This document shows, one piece after another, positions 14,905-24,225 of a stretch of DNA of 64,000 nucleotides. Numbering within the stretch: the stretch's first letter is position 1; the number at the start of each line of letters is the position of its first letter. The notes under the pieces were generated by a model. The model ran no database searches and was not told the DNA's origin. It worked only from the letters and a program-made list of their open reading frames with translations. A program made the translations under genes and the position numbers. This DNA is from an uncultured Fibrobacteraceae bacterium (GTDB taxonomy: Bacteria; Krumholzibacteriota; Krumholzibacteriia; LZORAL124-64-63): positions 36-64,035 of the forward strand of contig CAYTEO010000010.1 in assembly GCA_964436825.1 (NCBI GenBank). Reading direction: 5' to 3'.

Positions 14905-16944
14905 CTACTTGGCCAGCACGATCTTGTGGAACGTCACCATCCCGGCGCCGGTCGCCCGTACCAGGTAGGTGCCGCTGGCGGCGGGCCGGCCGCCGTCGTC
15001 GCGCCCGTCCCACGTGACCAGGTGCTCGCCGGCGGTCCGCTGACCGGAGACGAGGGTGCGCACGCGCCGCCCCTGCAGGTCGAGCACGTCGACGGTCACG
15101 TTCCCGTCCGCGGGCAGGGTGAAGGCGATGGTCGTGGTGGGGTTGAACGGGTTGGGCCAGTTGCGGACGTCCAGGCCGGGATGGCGCGAGGGCGTGCCGT
15201 CGCCGACGGCGGTGGCGTCGTCGGCCAGCAGCCACATGGTCGCGTTGAGGAAGAACTCCCGGTTGTTGCTGCCCGCCTCGGTCCAGTTGGCGGGGTGATC
15301 CTCGCTGCCGGTGCCGTCGGCCGTGCTGGAGGAGTCGCCGTAGCCGACGATCCGGCCCTGGCCGTAGCGGGACCAGCCGGCCACGTGCGGATCGCCCGCG
15401 TCCATGCTGATCAGGGCGCCCACGTCGCTCAGGTCCGGGTTGGCCGTCGGCCAGAGGGAGAGGCTGTCGCCCACGTGGTAGATGACCGCCGCCACGTCGC
15501 CGTAGCTGCCGTGGATGACCGGGTTGGAGGGGTCGGCGGCAACGTTGGTGAACGTCCCGGTGATGCCGTTGTTGCCCTCGTCCTTGACGTGGAAGTGCAG
15601 CCCGAACAGGGCGCCGCAGAACGTCTCGGTGTCCGAGCCGACCGGGTCGCTGATGTGGGGCACCGAGTAGCCGCCGAAGATGCTGGGCGAGTCCCAGCCG
15701 TTGCCGTTGCGGTCGCTGGCGTTGTGGTTGGCGACCACGAACAGCGAGCCGCCGGCGTAGACGAACTGCCGGACGGCCTCGATCTCGGCGGCCGTGAACG
15801 GGTTCTGGGGCTCGACGATCACCAGCAGGTCCACGCCGGTCAGCAGCGAGGAGCTCAGGGCCGTCGTGTTGCTGCGGACGGTGTGGCCGGCCAGGTAGAG
15901 CTCGTAGGCCCAGCTGGAGAGCTGGCCGCTCCAGTCGCTCTCGGCGGTCGGGTTCGCGGGCAGGGGGTCGGGGTAGTCGTCGTCGATCCGCCAGTTGCCG
16001 GTCGTGCCGGCATCCTGGTCGTGGGCGTGGTCGAACAGGATGACCTTGCCGGCCGTCGCGTCGCCCTGGACCCAGAAGGAGTAGACCGTCGTCGGGGCGT
16101 CGATGGGGTTGCGGACCTCGGCGTTGTCGTCGTCGCGGCAGGAGACGTAGTACTCGTAGAGGGTGTTGCCGGTCACGCCGCCCAGGGTCACCTGGTACTG
16201 GTCGCCGCCGATCGCGGTCATGATGACCGGCAGGTAGCTGCCGCCGCCGGCGCGGTACCAGCAGGTGGCCGAGAGGATCGTGCCGTCGGGATCGACGCAG
16301 GTGGCCGTGATCGTCACGTCGTCGCCGGCGACGGGGGCCGCGGGCGTGTGGCCGACGTTCGAGATGGCCGGCACCTGGTTGCCGCCGCCGGTGGTGCCGT
16401 CGTAGTACAGCTCGACGTACTCGTAGAGGTAGTCGTCGGGGTCGTTGGCCTCGCTGATGACCATCCCCGACAGGGTGCCGTCGGGCACCTCGACGCCGCT
16501 GCCGGGATCGGGGCTGGAGTCGATGCTCGACCAGGCCAGCTGTTCGGGATCGGCGCGGTGGTAGGCGAGCTTCGTCGTGGTGATGGCCGGGGTGGGGCCG
16601 TCCTCCACGCCGCCGGCGGAGTTGAGGAGCTGGAACGTCTCGTCCCCGTTGATCATCGGTGCCAGGTCGCCCGAGTTCAGGAAGACGACGTTGCTGCCGA
16701 GGGTGACCCCGTAGTAGCTCTCGAAGGCCGCCCTGTCCACGTTGCGTGCGATGATGACGTAGCCGCCCGGTTCGACGGTCGTCCCGGCCGGGATCACGTA
16801 GTCGTGGACGGCATTCTCCTGGTGCAGGGTCCAGCCGCCGATGTCCAGGCCCGTCTGGGCGAGGGCCGCGCCGGCGACGAGCAGGCAGGTCGGCAGCAGT
16901 ACCGCGAGAAGCGGCGAGATGACGCGGCGAGTCGAGACTCTCAT
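14905..16944 (-). CDS. Secreted lamin-tail-domain (LTD) protein with a central ThuA/DUF4350-like alpha/beta region and a C-terminal T9SS-type sorting domain
   Basis: ATG 16944 with AGAGGA SD. Signal peptide LLAVLLPTCLLVAGAALAQ. LTD-like N-terminus GWTLHQ...YVIPAGTTVEPGGYVII. C-terminal tail NPFNPTTTIAFTLP...LDLQGRRVRTL...GEHLVTWDGRDDGGRPAASGTYL. Confidence 0.75.
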   Translation of the reverse strand: MRVSTRRVISPLLAVLLPTCLLVAGAALAQTGLDIGGWTLHQENAVHDYVIPAGTTVEPGGYVIIARNVDRAAFESYYGVTLGSNVVFLNSGDLAPMINGDETFQLLNSAGGVEDGPTPAITTTKLAYHRADPEQLAWSSIDSSPDPGSGVEVPDGTLSGMVISEANDPDDYLYEYVELYYDGTTGGGNQVPAISNVGHTPAAPVAGDDVTITATCVDPDGTILSATCWYRAGGGSYLPVIMTAIGGDQYQVTLGGVTGNTLYEYYVSCRDDDNAEVRNPIDAPTTVYSFWVQGDATAGKVILFDHAHDQDAGTTGNWRIDDDYPDPLPANPTAESDWSGQLSSWAYELYLAGHTVRSNTTALSSSLLTGVDLLVIVEPQNPFTAAEIEAVRQFVYAGGSLFVVANHNASDRNGNGWDSPSIFGGYSVPHISDPVGSDTETFCGALFGLHFHVKDEGNNGITGTFTNVAADPSNPVIHGSYGDVAAVIYHVGDSLSLWPTANPDLSDVGALISMDAGDPHVAGWSRYGQGRIVGYGDSSSTADGTGSEDHPANWTEAGSNNREFFLNATMWLLADDATAVGDGTPSRHPGLDVRNWPNPFNPTTTIAFTLPADGNVTVDVLDLQGRRVRTLVSGQRTAGEHLVTWDGRDDGGRPAASGTYLVRATGAGMVTFHKIVLAK

Positions 16945-17025
16945 GGGCAGGTCCTCTTGGGTTGAGGGACAGCGACACGAAACCGGCCCGGAACCTGGGT
17001 GCGATCCGGGCGCGGTGGATGATTG

Positions 17026-17054
17026 ATTATACCACGGATATGATCTGACAGCAA
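17026..17054 (-). promoter_or_regulatory. Near-consensus sigma70 promoter on the minus strand (-35 TTGCTG, 17-nt spacer, -10 TATAAT) driving the LTD gene
   Basis: Plus-strand cagcaa (17049-17054) and attata (17026-17031). It sits in the AT-rich stretch immediately downstream of the RumA-like stop (17059) and about 80 nt upstream of ATG 16944. Confidence 0.5.
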
Positions 17055-17058
17055 AAGG

Positions 17059-18459
17059 TCACTCCCTGACGAACAGGGACAGGACCTCCACGTGGCTGGT
17101 GTGGGGGAACATGTCGACCATCCGCAGGCGCTCCAGGCGGTAGCCGCCGTCGACCAGGGCCCTGGCGTCGCGGGCCAGGGCGGCCGGATCGCAGCTCATC
17201 CCGATCAGCAGCGGCGGTGCCAGCGTGGCCAGCCGGCCGGCGTTCTCCTCGCCCAGCCCCTCCCGCGGGGGATCGAAGACGACGGTCGTGGCGGACCAGT
17301 CGGGCGAGGGCAGGTCGTCGGTCCCGTCGCCTGCGGCCGGGTTCGTCCGCTCCCCGCCGCTCCAGCGCCACAGGGCCCTGGACACGCTCTCGCGCACGAC
17401 GGTCCCCTTGCCGGCGGCGGCGCGGTCGCGCCGCAGGTTGTTGCGGGCGTCCCGGACGGCGCCGGCGTGCTGCTCGACGCCGACGATCCGCGCGAAACGG
17501 TCGGCCAGGGCCAGGCTGAACAGTCCCACGCCGCAGTAGAGGTCCACCAGCCAGCCGCCGGGCCGCTCCGGGGTCGGCGCGGCATCGTCGAGCCAGAGCC
17601 GGGCGGCCGCCAGGGCCGCCTCCGTCTCGGCCAGGTTGACCTGGAAGAAGCTGCCGGCGCCCACCCGGTAGGTGTGGCCGCCCAGCTTGTAGAGCAGGTG
17701 GTCCCGGCCCCAGATCGGGCGGTTGTTGAACAGGACGCCGACACAGCCCGGGGCGGGAGGCTCGCCCTCGCCGCGCTGCTTCAGGACCGCGCGCAGCAGG
17801 CGCAGCCGGCTGGCGGGGCCGAACAGGGCGACCAGCCAGCCGCCCCGGCCGTCCAGGCGGACGACGACCTGGTCCACCGGCGGCAGTTGCCGCAGCCAGG
17901 GCAGGATCGTCTCGTCGAACAGCGGCGGCAGCAGCGGCAGGGAGTCCACGGGGACGACATCGTGGGTTCCCTTGCGGATCATCCCGTACTGTCCGGTCGG
18001 GCCGCGCCAGAGGCGGATCTTGTTGCGGTAACCGAGGTCGGGACCGGCGGCGGGAGGAACCTCCAGCAGGTCGTCCACCTCCATGCCGGCCAGACGGCGG
18101 AAGCAGTCCCGAACGATCTCCGCCTTGGCCCGTCGCTGGGCCTCCGGCGACAGGTGCTGCAGGTCGCAGCCGCAGGCCGTGCCCACTTCGCCCAGCGGCG
18201 GCGCGACCCGGTCGGGAGAGGGAGCGAGAACCTCCACCAGCTCCGCCTCCAGGTAACCGCGCCGGCGGCGCAGCACGCGGGCCCGGATCCGCTCGCCCGG
18301 CACGGTGCCGGGGACGAAGGCCACCTCGCCGTCGCGGCGTCCGAGGCCGGCACCGCCGGTCACGAGCTTGTCGATGGTGGTCTCGAACAGGTCGCCGTCG
18401 GCGGTCGCGCCGGTTCTCGCCGCGTCGTCGCGGCCGGTGGTGTCGGATCGCTCGTCCAT
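17059..18459 (-). CDS. 23S rRNA (uracil-C5)-methyltransferase RlmD/RumA family (TRAM domain, Fe-S Cys cluster and class I MTase)
   Basis: Internal ATG 18459 (MDERSD) with GGAG upstream. TRAM-like N-terminus. SAM-binding motif LVDLYCGVGLFSL. C-terminal catalytic region FDPPREG and the nucleophile region. The upstream 200-codon track extension is R/G/P-rich and was rejected. Confidence 0.8.
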   Translation of the reverse strand: MDERSDTTGRDDAARTGATADGDLFETTIDKLVTGGAGLGRRDGEVAFVPGTVPGERIRARVLRRRRGYLEAELVEVLAPSPDRVAPPLGEVGTACGCDLQHLSPEAQRRAKAEIVRDCFRRLAGMEVDDLLEVPPAAGPDLGYRNKIRLWRGPTGQYGMIRKGTHDVVPVDSLPLLPPLFDETILPWLRQLPPVDQVVVRLDGRGGWLVALFGPASRLRLLRAVLKQRGEGEPPAPGCVGVLFNNRPIWGRDHLLYKLGGHTYRVGAGSFFQVNLAETEAALAAARLWLDDAAPTPERPGGWLVDLYCGVGLFSLALADRFARIVGVEQHAGAVRDARNNLRRDRAAAGKGTVVRESVSRALWRWSGGERTNPAAGDGTDDLPSPDWSATTVVFDPPREGLGEENAGRLATLAPPLLIGMSCDPAALARDARALVDGGYRLERLRMVDMFPHTSHVEVLSLFVRE

Positions 18460-18585
18460 GGAAACTCCGGGGGATGAGGTTGCTTGTCGCCCGATCGGCG
18501 GCTTCAAGCTAACATCGTCGCCGTCGGCTGCCAAGGAGGGCACGTCGCTTGCAGTCCCGTCGTGGGCGCGCTCAGGGAGGAACGG

Positions 18586-19170
18586 ATGGGGCCGTGGCAG
18601 AGGATGGCACTGGTGATGGTCCTGCTGCTGGCCGGGGCCGGCTGCAGTCCGCTGCGCCGTGGTCCGCTGCCGCCGCTCCAGGAGCGTCCGGGGACGCCGC
18701 CCCCCCGGCAACGCGGGTTCCCCCCGCCTCCCTCGTCCGCCCCGGGGGACGCACCCTGGGAGAGCGTCGACCGCTCCCTGCCCCCCCGCGACCTCGTCTG
18801 CGAGCTGGCCCGCAGCTTCCAGGGCGTGCCGTACCGCTACGGCGGGACGACGCCGGACGGTTTCGACTGCAGCGGGCTGGTCTGCTACGTCTACGCCGAG
18901 GCGGGGATCGAGCTGCCCCGCACGGCGCGGCAGCAGTCGCGCGCCGGCCGCCGCGTGCGCCGCAGCGGCCTGCTGCCCGGCGACCTGGTCTTCTTCCGCA
19001 CCCATGGCGACGGCGTCTCGCACGTGGGAATCTACGTCGGGAGGGGTCTGTTCGTCCACGCCCCGAGCACCGGCAAGACGGTCCGCACGGACTCGCTGGA
19101 CGATCCCTGGTGGTCCCGTCGCTTCGTGACCGGCCGCCGGGTCATCGGGGAGCGGTCGGCGGGGCGGTGA
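18586..19170 (+). CDS. NlpC/P60 (C40) family cell-wall peptidase lipoprotein
   Basis: AGGGAGG precedes ATG 18586. Lipoprotein signal MALVMVLLLAGAGCSP. Catalytic Cys in GFDCSGLVCYVY and His in SHVGIYVG. Confidence 0.8.
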   Translation: MGPWQRMALVMVLLLAGAGCSPLRRGPLPPLQERPGTPPPRQRGFPPPPSSAPGDAPWESVDRSLPPRDLVCELARSFQGVPYRYGGTTPDGFDCSGLVCYVYAEAGIELPRTARQQSRAGRRVRRSGLLPGDLVFFRTHGDGVSHVGIYVGRGLFVHAPSTGKTVRTDSLDDPWWSRRFVTGRRVIGERSAGR

Positions 19171-19186
19171 GCGGCGCGGCGCGCGC

Positions 19187-20419
19187 TCAGTCCTCCCGGG
19201 TCTCGGTGACCGTCTCCACCCGTCCCTCCGGCCCGATCCGCAGCTTCGTCGCCGACTGGACCGCCTCGTCGATCGCCGCCGCCAGGTCGATCCGCTCCGA
19301 CAGTTCCAGCAGCTGCTCGGGCCGGGCGTTGAGGACGGGCCGCGGCGAGCGGATGGAGCAGCAGTCCCGGTAGGGCCGGATGCTGGTCTCGAACAGGCCG
19401 ATCCGCCGGGACAGTTCGGTGATCTCGATCTTGTCCATCCCGACCAGGGGCCGCAGGATCGGCAGGGTGATGTCGGGGCTGATGGCCCGCAGGTTGGCCA
19501 GGGTCTGGCTGGCCACCTGGCCGACGCTGTCGCCGGCCACCAGCGCCAGGCAGCTCTCCCGGTGGGCGAAGCGGGCCGCCGTCTTGAACATGAAGCGGCG
19601 GAACAGGACCATGTCGAAGGAGTCGTCCACGCCCTCGACGGCGCGGCGCTCGTAGGGGAAGGCCGGCACCATGTGGAGCGTCAGGGGACGCGGCGAGTAG
19701 CCGGCCAGGATCCGCACCAGGTGCTCGATCTTCCCGCTGTCGGCCTCGGCGGGGCTGCGGCCCGGGAAGAAATGGACGAACTCGGGACGGCAGCCCCGCT
19801 TCATCATCATCCAGGCCGCCACCGGGGAGTCGATCCCGCCCGACAGCAGGACCATGACCCGTCCGCTGGAACCCACGGGCAGGCCGCCGCAGCCGGGGAG
19901 CTTGCGGTCGAACAGCAGGATGGCGTCGGCCATCACCAGGACGTGGAGGACCAGGTCCGGTTCGTGGAGGCGGACCGGCAGGCCGGTGGCCTGCTGGACG
20001 GCGGCGCCCAGGCGTGCGCTGATCTCCTGGGAGATCAGGGGAAAGCGCCGGTCCGAGCGGCGGGTGTCGATCTTGAAGTGGCGCGCCTGGTCCGCTTGGC
20101 GACGGGCCAATGCCACGACCGTCGCGGCGGCACGCTCCAGGTCCGCCTCGGGGTTGTCGGTGCGGGGCACGGGAGTGGCGATCGAGAGCCACTGGATCCC
20201 GCAGACCCGCTGCAACCGCGCGGCGACCTCCTCGGGATCGGCCCCTTCCGCCAGGCGGACCAGCAGGCGGCTCTCCACGTGCCGGATCGAGGCGATCGGC
20301 TGGCCGCGCAGGGCCTGGTCCATGTTGTTGCGCAGGCGCTGCAGGAAGACGTGCCGGTTCTTCCCCTTCAGGGCGATCTCGGCGTAGTGGACGCTGATGA
20401 CCGGTGTCGTCGTGCTCAC
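19187..20419 (-). CDS. thiI: tRNA 4-thiouridine synthase / sulfurtransferase ThiI
   Basis: GTG start 20419 with GGAGA upstream. THUMP region, then the PP-loop motif VMVLLSGGIDSPVAAWMMMKRG. About 410 aa. Confidence 0.8.
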   Translation of the reverse strand: MSTTTPVISVHYAEIALKGKNRHVFLQRLRNNMDQALRGQPIASIRHVESRLLVRLAEGADPEEVAARLQRVCGIQWLSIATPVPRTDNPEADLERAAATVVALARRQADQARHFKIDTRRSDRRFPLISQEISARLGAAVQQATGLPVRLHEPDLVLHVLVMADAILLFDRKLPGCGGLPVGSSGRVMVLLSGGIDSPVAAWMMMKRGCRPEFVHFFPGRSPAEADSGKIEHLVRILAGYSPRPLTLHMVPAFPYERRAVEGVDDSFDMVLFRRFMFKTAARFAHRESCLALVAGDSVGQVASQTLANLRAISPDITLPILRPLVGMDKIEITELSRRIGLFETSIRPYRDCCSIRSPRPVLNARPEQLLELSERIDLAAAIDEAVQSATKLRIGPEGRVETVTETRED

Positions 20420-20485
20420 ATCCGTCTCCTGGTCGCGGGACTGGTGTGTCGTGGGCCCACAAGGATGTCCCGGTGGCTGCGGATG

Positions 20486-22630
20486 TCAACGGGCGAGGGT
20501 CAGTTTCCCCGTGACACGCACCGGGCGGCCGTCCGCCCCGCGGGCGGTGACGGCGTAGAGGTAGGTCCCGGTGGGGCAGGGCCGGCCGGCATCGTCGGTG
20601 CCGTCCCACAGGAGGCTGCGCGTGCCGCCCGCGGTCGACCGCCAGGGGAACGTCCGCACCAGGCGGCCGCGGGCGTCGTAGATCCGCAGGCGATCGGCAA
20701 CGACCTGCGACGGCGCCCGCCAGCGGATCAGGCCGCGCCCGGCAAAGGGGTTGGGCAGCGGCGGCATCAGGCTCAGGCCGGTCGGAGCGGCCACGATCGC
20801 CGTGGAGGCGGTGATCTCGGCGTCGAACAGGAGCCAGCCGTCGGGATCGAGGGTCAGGTCGAGGACCTGGGCGCCGGTGCGGATGCGGAACGTCTGGTCG
20901 AGCTCGTCGTTCATGATCTTCACCAGCGTGTCCCCGGCGGTGGTGTGCAGGAGCAGGTCGATGGGCAGCAGGAAGGGATCGTCACCGTCGACGGGATCGG
21001 CCGGCTGGACCTGGCGGATCTGCAGGACCAGCTCCCACCGGCCCGGCTCGCCGGCATTGGACCAGGTCACCTCGAGCCGGGGGTTCGTGCTCCGGTAGAG
21101 CCACTGGTGGAAGAACCAGTCCAGTCCCTTGCCGTAGATCTTCTCGCAGATGTCGATGAAGTCGTCGCTGTCGGCGTTGCGATAGGCCAGTGCCGAGGAC
21201 TGGGCGTAGTCGTGAAGGATCGTGAAGAAGGTCTGGTCGCCCACCAGGTGCCGCAGCATGTGCAGGACCCAGGCCCCCTTGTAGTAGACCATGTTCTTGA
21301 AGTAGTACCAGGGATCGTCCTCGTCGGGTGAACGGACCAGGGGGTCGTTCCACCACGTGGTGCTGCTGCGGGCGGCCATGAACCACTTCAGCGCCGTGGG
21401 GCCGTTCTCGTGCTCCTGCCAGAGGGCCTCGGCGTAGGTGGCGAATCCCTCGTTCAGCCAGATCTGGGTCCAGTCGGTGGGGGTGATCTTGTCGCCGAAC
21501 CACTGGTGGGAGAGCTCGTGGAGGATGACCGAGTCGAACCAGTGATCGCCGGTCAGGAAGGAGGACGAGTAGGTCGTGGCGGTGGGGTGCTCCATGGCGC
21601 CGTCCCACTCGAACAGGGCCATGCCGTACTTCTGGTCCGGGAACGGATAGGGGCCGAACTTCCGCTCGCAGAAGGCCAGCATGTCGTTCAGGCGGGAGAA
21701 ATCCTCCCGGGCCGTCTCCACGAGCCAGGGATAGACGAAGTGCCTGATCTGCAGGGTATCCCCCGTGATGCCGACGTAGATGTCGTCGAGCTCCACGTAG
21801 TCGGTGACGGCCACCGAGAGCAGGTAGGTGGAGATGGGCAGCGGCTCATCCCAGCAGAAGGTCTCGAAGGAGCTGTCCTTGTCGGCCGGCAGCCACCGGC
21901 TGGCCTGTTCGTCGGCCCTGGCGCCCAGGTAGGGGTTGACCGGCTGGTCGGCGAGCTGGATTCCCTGCGAGACGGCGGTCGTGCCCCGGGGGACGGTCAG
22001 CGAGACGGTGCAGGTGGCCTTGTCCCGGGGATCGTCCTTGCAGGGCCACCAGGAGCGGGCGCTCCACGGCTCGCTCAGGCTGGCGGCCACCGGCTGCCCG
22101 TCCTCGCGGGGGGTGATCTGGAAACCGAAGATCCCGTCCGGGTGCGGTTGCCCCGAGAAGACGATCATCGCCGTCATCGTGTCGCCCGGTGCGAATTCCC
22201 TGGGGAACGAGAACCTCAGCAGGTCGTTGCTGTGCTCCCAGGGCAGGAACACGAAGCCGGGATCGAACCAGCCGACGGTGGCGATCTCCATGTCGTCCAG
22301 GTAGTCCAGGACGATCTCCGAGAAGCCGGGGACCAGGGGGGTGACGGTGACGTAGAGCAGCCCCAGCACCGAGGCCTGGTCCAGGGAGACCTGCATCCGC
22401 AGGTCGTAGTGGACGACGTCGAAGTCCTCCTGTCCCGGCGCGGGGGTCGGCATCTTGTCGGCGAGGCGGGCGGCGTACAGGTCGGCCAGGGGCTTGCCCT
22501 CGCACGTCCAGCCGTCCACCAGGGCGGGGCGGTCGGCGCAGGGCACGACGACCGGCCGGCCGATGGACAGCAGCACACAAGCCACGACGAACAGCACGCC
22601 GCGGCGCGGAATGGATGAGGCGATGTTCAA
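20486..22630 (-). CDS. M1-family zinc aminopeptidase (aminopeptidase N-like) with a C-terminal T9SS-type sorting domain
   Basis: Zinc-binding motifs HELSHQWFGD and NEGFATYAE (HExxH-18-E). The C-terminal tail NPFAGRGLIRWRAP...IYDARGRLVRTF...GTYLYAVTAR is present. A predicted signal peptide (GVLFVVACVLLSIGRPVVVPCA) only becomes N-terminal with a TTG start at 22630 (AAGGGA upstream). The track ORF extends further upstream through low-complexity sequence. Confidence 0.75.
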   Translation of the reverse strand: MNIASSIPRRGVLFVVACVLLSIGRPVVVPCADRPALVDGWTCEGKPLADLYAARLADKMPTPAPGQEDFDVVHYDLRMQVSLDQASVLGLLYVTVTPLVPGFSEIVLDYLDDMEIATVGWFDPGFVFLPWEHSNDLLRFSFPREFAPGDTMTAMIVFSGQPHPDGIFGFQITPREDGQPVAASLSEPWSARSWWPCKDDPRDKATCTVSLTVPRGTTAVSQGIQLADQPVNPYLGARADEQASRWLPADKDSSFETFCWDEPLPISTYLLSVAVTDYVELDDIYVGITGDTLQIRHFVYPWLVETAREDFSRLNDMLAFCERKFGPYPFPDQKYGMALFEWDGAMEHPTATTYSSSFLTGDHWFDSVILHELSHQWFGDKITPTDWTQIWLNEGFATYAEALWQEHENGPTALKWFMAARSSTTWWNDPLVRSPDEDDPWYYFKNMVYYKGAWVLHMLRHLVGDQTFFTILHDYAQSSALAYRNADSDDFIDICEKIYGKGLDWFFHQWLYRSTNPRLEVTWSNAGEPGRWELVLQIRQVQPADPVDGDDPFLLPIDLLLHTTAGDTLVKIMNDELDQTFRIRTGAQVLDLTLDPDGWLLFDAEITASTAIVAAPTGLSLMPPLPNPFAGRGLIRWRAPSQVVADRLRIYDARGRLVRTFPWRSTAGGTRSLLWDGTDDAGRPCPTGTYLYAVTARGADGRPVRVTGKLTLAR

Positions 22631-22802
22631 TGCGAGACGTCCCTTATCAGTCGTGTCCGGTACGTCCTTCCGCTGCCTGTCACTTGCCAAGCATCGCGAG
22701 CGATGCAACACTGGTCCCCGGCAATGGTAGCACACCGGAGCGGACCGCGGCAACCCGCCCCCGGCCGGACGGTCCGGGGGCAATCCTGACGGGAGAGAGA
22801 CG

Positions 22803-24119
22803 ATGATCGACAGCAAGGCCTTCAACCTCGATGTCTCGGAAGCCGAGTCCATCCTGCCGGACGGTGCGCTGGAGGGCCTGGCGGACGACGTGGACCGGGT
22901 CGCCGGCGAGCTGGCGGCGGGACAGGGCCCCGGCGCGGAGTTCCTGGGGTGGCGGGAACTGCCGCAGCGCATGCTCGGCGAGGAGCGTCACCGCCTGCTC
23001 GAGTCGGCGGAGCAGGCCCGTGCCGACAGCGACGATGTCGTCGTCGTCGGCATCGGCGGCTCCTACCTGGGGGCCCAGGCGATCCTGACCGCCCTGGCCG
23101 ACCACTGCGACGGTCCGCGGATCCTGTTCGCCGGGACCGATCTCTGCGCCACGTCCCTGCGTCGGCTGGAGCAGGCGCTCGCGGGCCGGGACGTCCGTCT
23201 CTGCGTCGTCTCCAAGTCCGGCACGACGCTCGAGCCGGCCGTGGCCTTCCGGTTCCTGCGGCGCCTGCTGGAGGAGCGCTACGGCCGCGACGGGGCGTCG
23301 CGGCGCATCACGGCCATCACCGACGCGGAGCACGGGGTCCTGCGCCAGCTGGCCGAACGGGAGGGTTACGAGACGTTCGTCATCCCTCCCGACGTGGGGG
23401 GGCGCTTCTCCGTCCTCTCCCCGGTGGGACTCTGGCCGGCCGCCGTGGCGGGGATCGACATCGTCCGCCTGCTGGAGGGCGCGGTCGACATGGCCACCAC
23501 CTGCGACAACCCGGCCCTGACCGCCAATCCGGCCCACCTCTACGCCGCTGCCCGCACCGCCCTCTACCGCGCCGGCTACACCACGGAGATCCTGGCGTCG
23601 TTCGAGACCGGCCTGCGCGACCTGCAGCGCTGGTGGCAGCAGCTCTTCGGGGAGAGCGAGGGCAAGCAGGGCGAGGGGATCTTCCCCGCCGTGGCCAGCT
23701 ACACCACCGACCTGCACAGCCTGGGCCAGTACGTCCAGGACGGGCGCCGCGACCTGCTGGAGACCTTCCTGGTCGTCGAGGAAACCCTGCCCGGGATGGC
23801 CGTGCCCGCCGACCCCGGCGACGACGGCGCCGACGCGGACCGCGACGGGCTGGCCTGGCTGGCCGGCCGCCCCCTGGACGAGATCAACCGCAAGGCGTAC
23901 GAGGGGACCCGCAAGGCCCACCGCGAGGGCGGGGTGCCGGTGCTGGCCATCGAGCTGAAACGCCTGGACGAGTGGTCCCTGGGCGGGCTGCTGATGTTCT
24001 TCCAGCGGGCCGTGGCCGTCAGCGGCCGGCTGCTGGGGATCAACCCCTTCGACCAGCCGGGGGTGGAGGCGTACAAGCGGGAGATGTTCGGGTTGCTGGG
24101 CAGGCCGGACGCCGGTTGA
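22803..24119 (+). CDS. pgi: Glucose-6-phosphate isomerase
   Basis: GGGAGAGAGACG precedes ATG 22803. Conserved PGI blocks VVVGIGGSYLGAQA, VVSKSGTTLEP, GGRFSVLSPVGL and FGESEGKQ. Confidence 0.85.
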   Translation: MIDSKAFNLDVSEAESILPDGALEGLADDVDRVAGELAAGQGPGAEFLGWRELPQRMLGEERHRLLESAEQARADSDDVVVVGIGGSYLGAQAILTALADHCDGPRILFAGTDLCATSLRRLEQALAGRDVRLCVVSKSGTTLEPAVAFRFLRRLLEERYGRDGASRRITAITDAEHGVLRQLAEREGYETFVIPPDVGGRFSVLSPVGLWPAAVAGIDIVRLLEGAVDMATTCDNPALTANPAHLYAAARTALYRAGYTTEILASFETGLRDLQRWWQQLFGESEGKQGEGIFPAVASYTTDLHSLGQYVQDGRRDLLETFLVVEETLPGMAVPADPGDDGADADRDGLAWLAGRPLDEINRKAYEGTRKAHREGGVPVLAIELKRLDEWSLGGLLMFFQRAVAVSGRLLGINPFDQPGVEAYKREMFGLLGRPDAG

Positions 24120-24225
24120 GGAGCGGGAAGGAGCCGCACCCGGTCGACGCGGTCCTGCGTCCCGGGCCTCGAACCTGTCGCAGGCAAGCCGCAGGGGCGC
24201 CGATTCATGGCGGGGGCATGCCTGT

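Noticed and set aside
14696-16978. 760-aa and 692-aa shadow ORFs (14696-16978 minus frame and 14887-16965 plus) overlapping the LTD gene
   Set aside because: Composition is Arg/Gly/Pro/His-rich with no motifs. The LTD frame has a signal peptide, an LTD domain and a T9SS tail.
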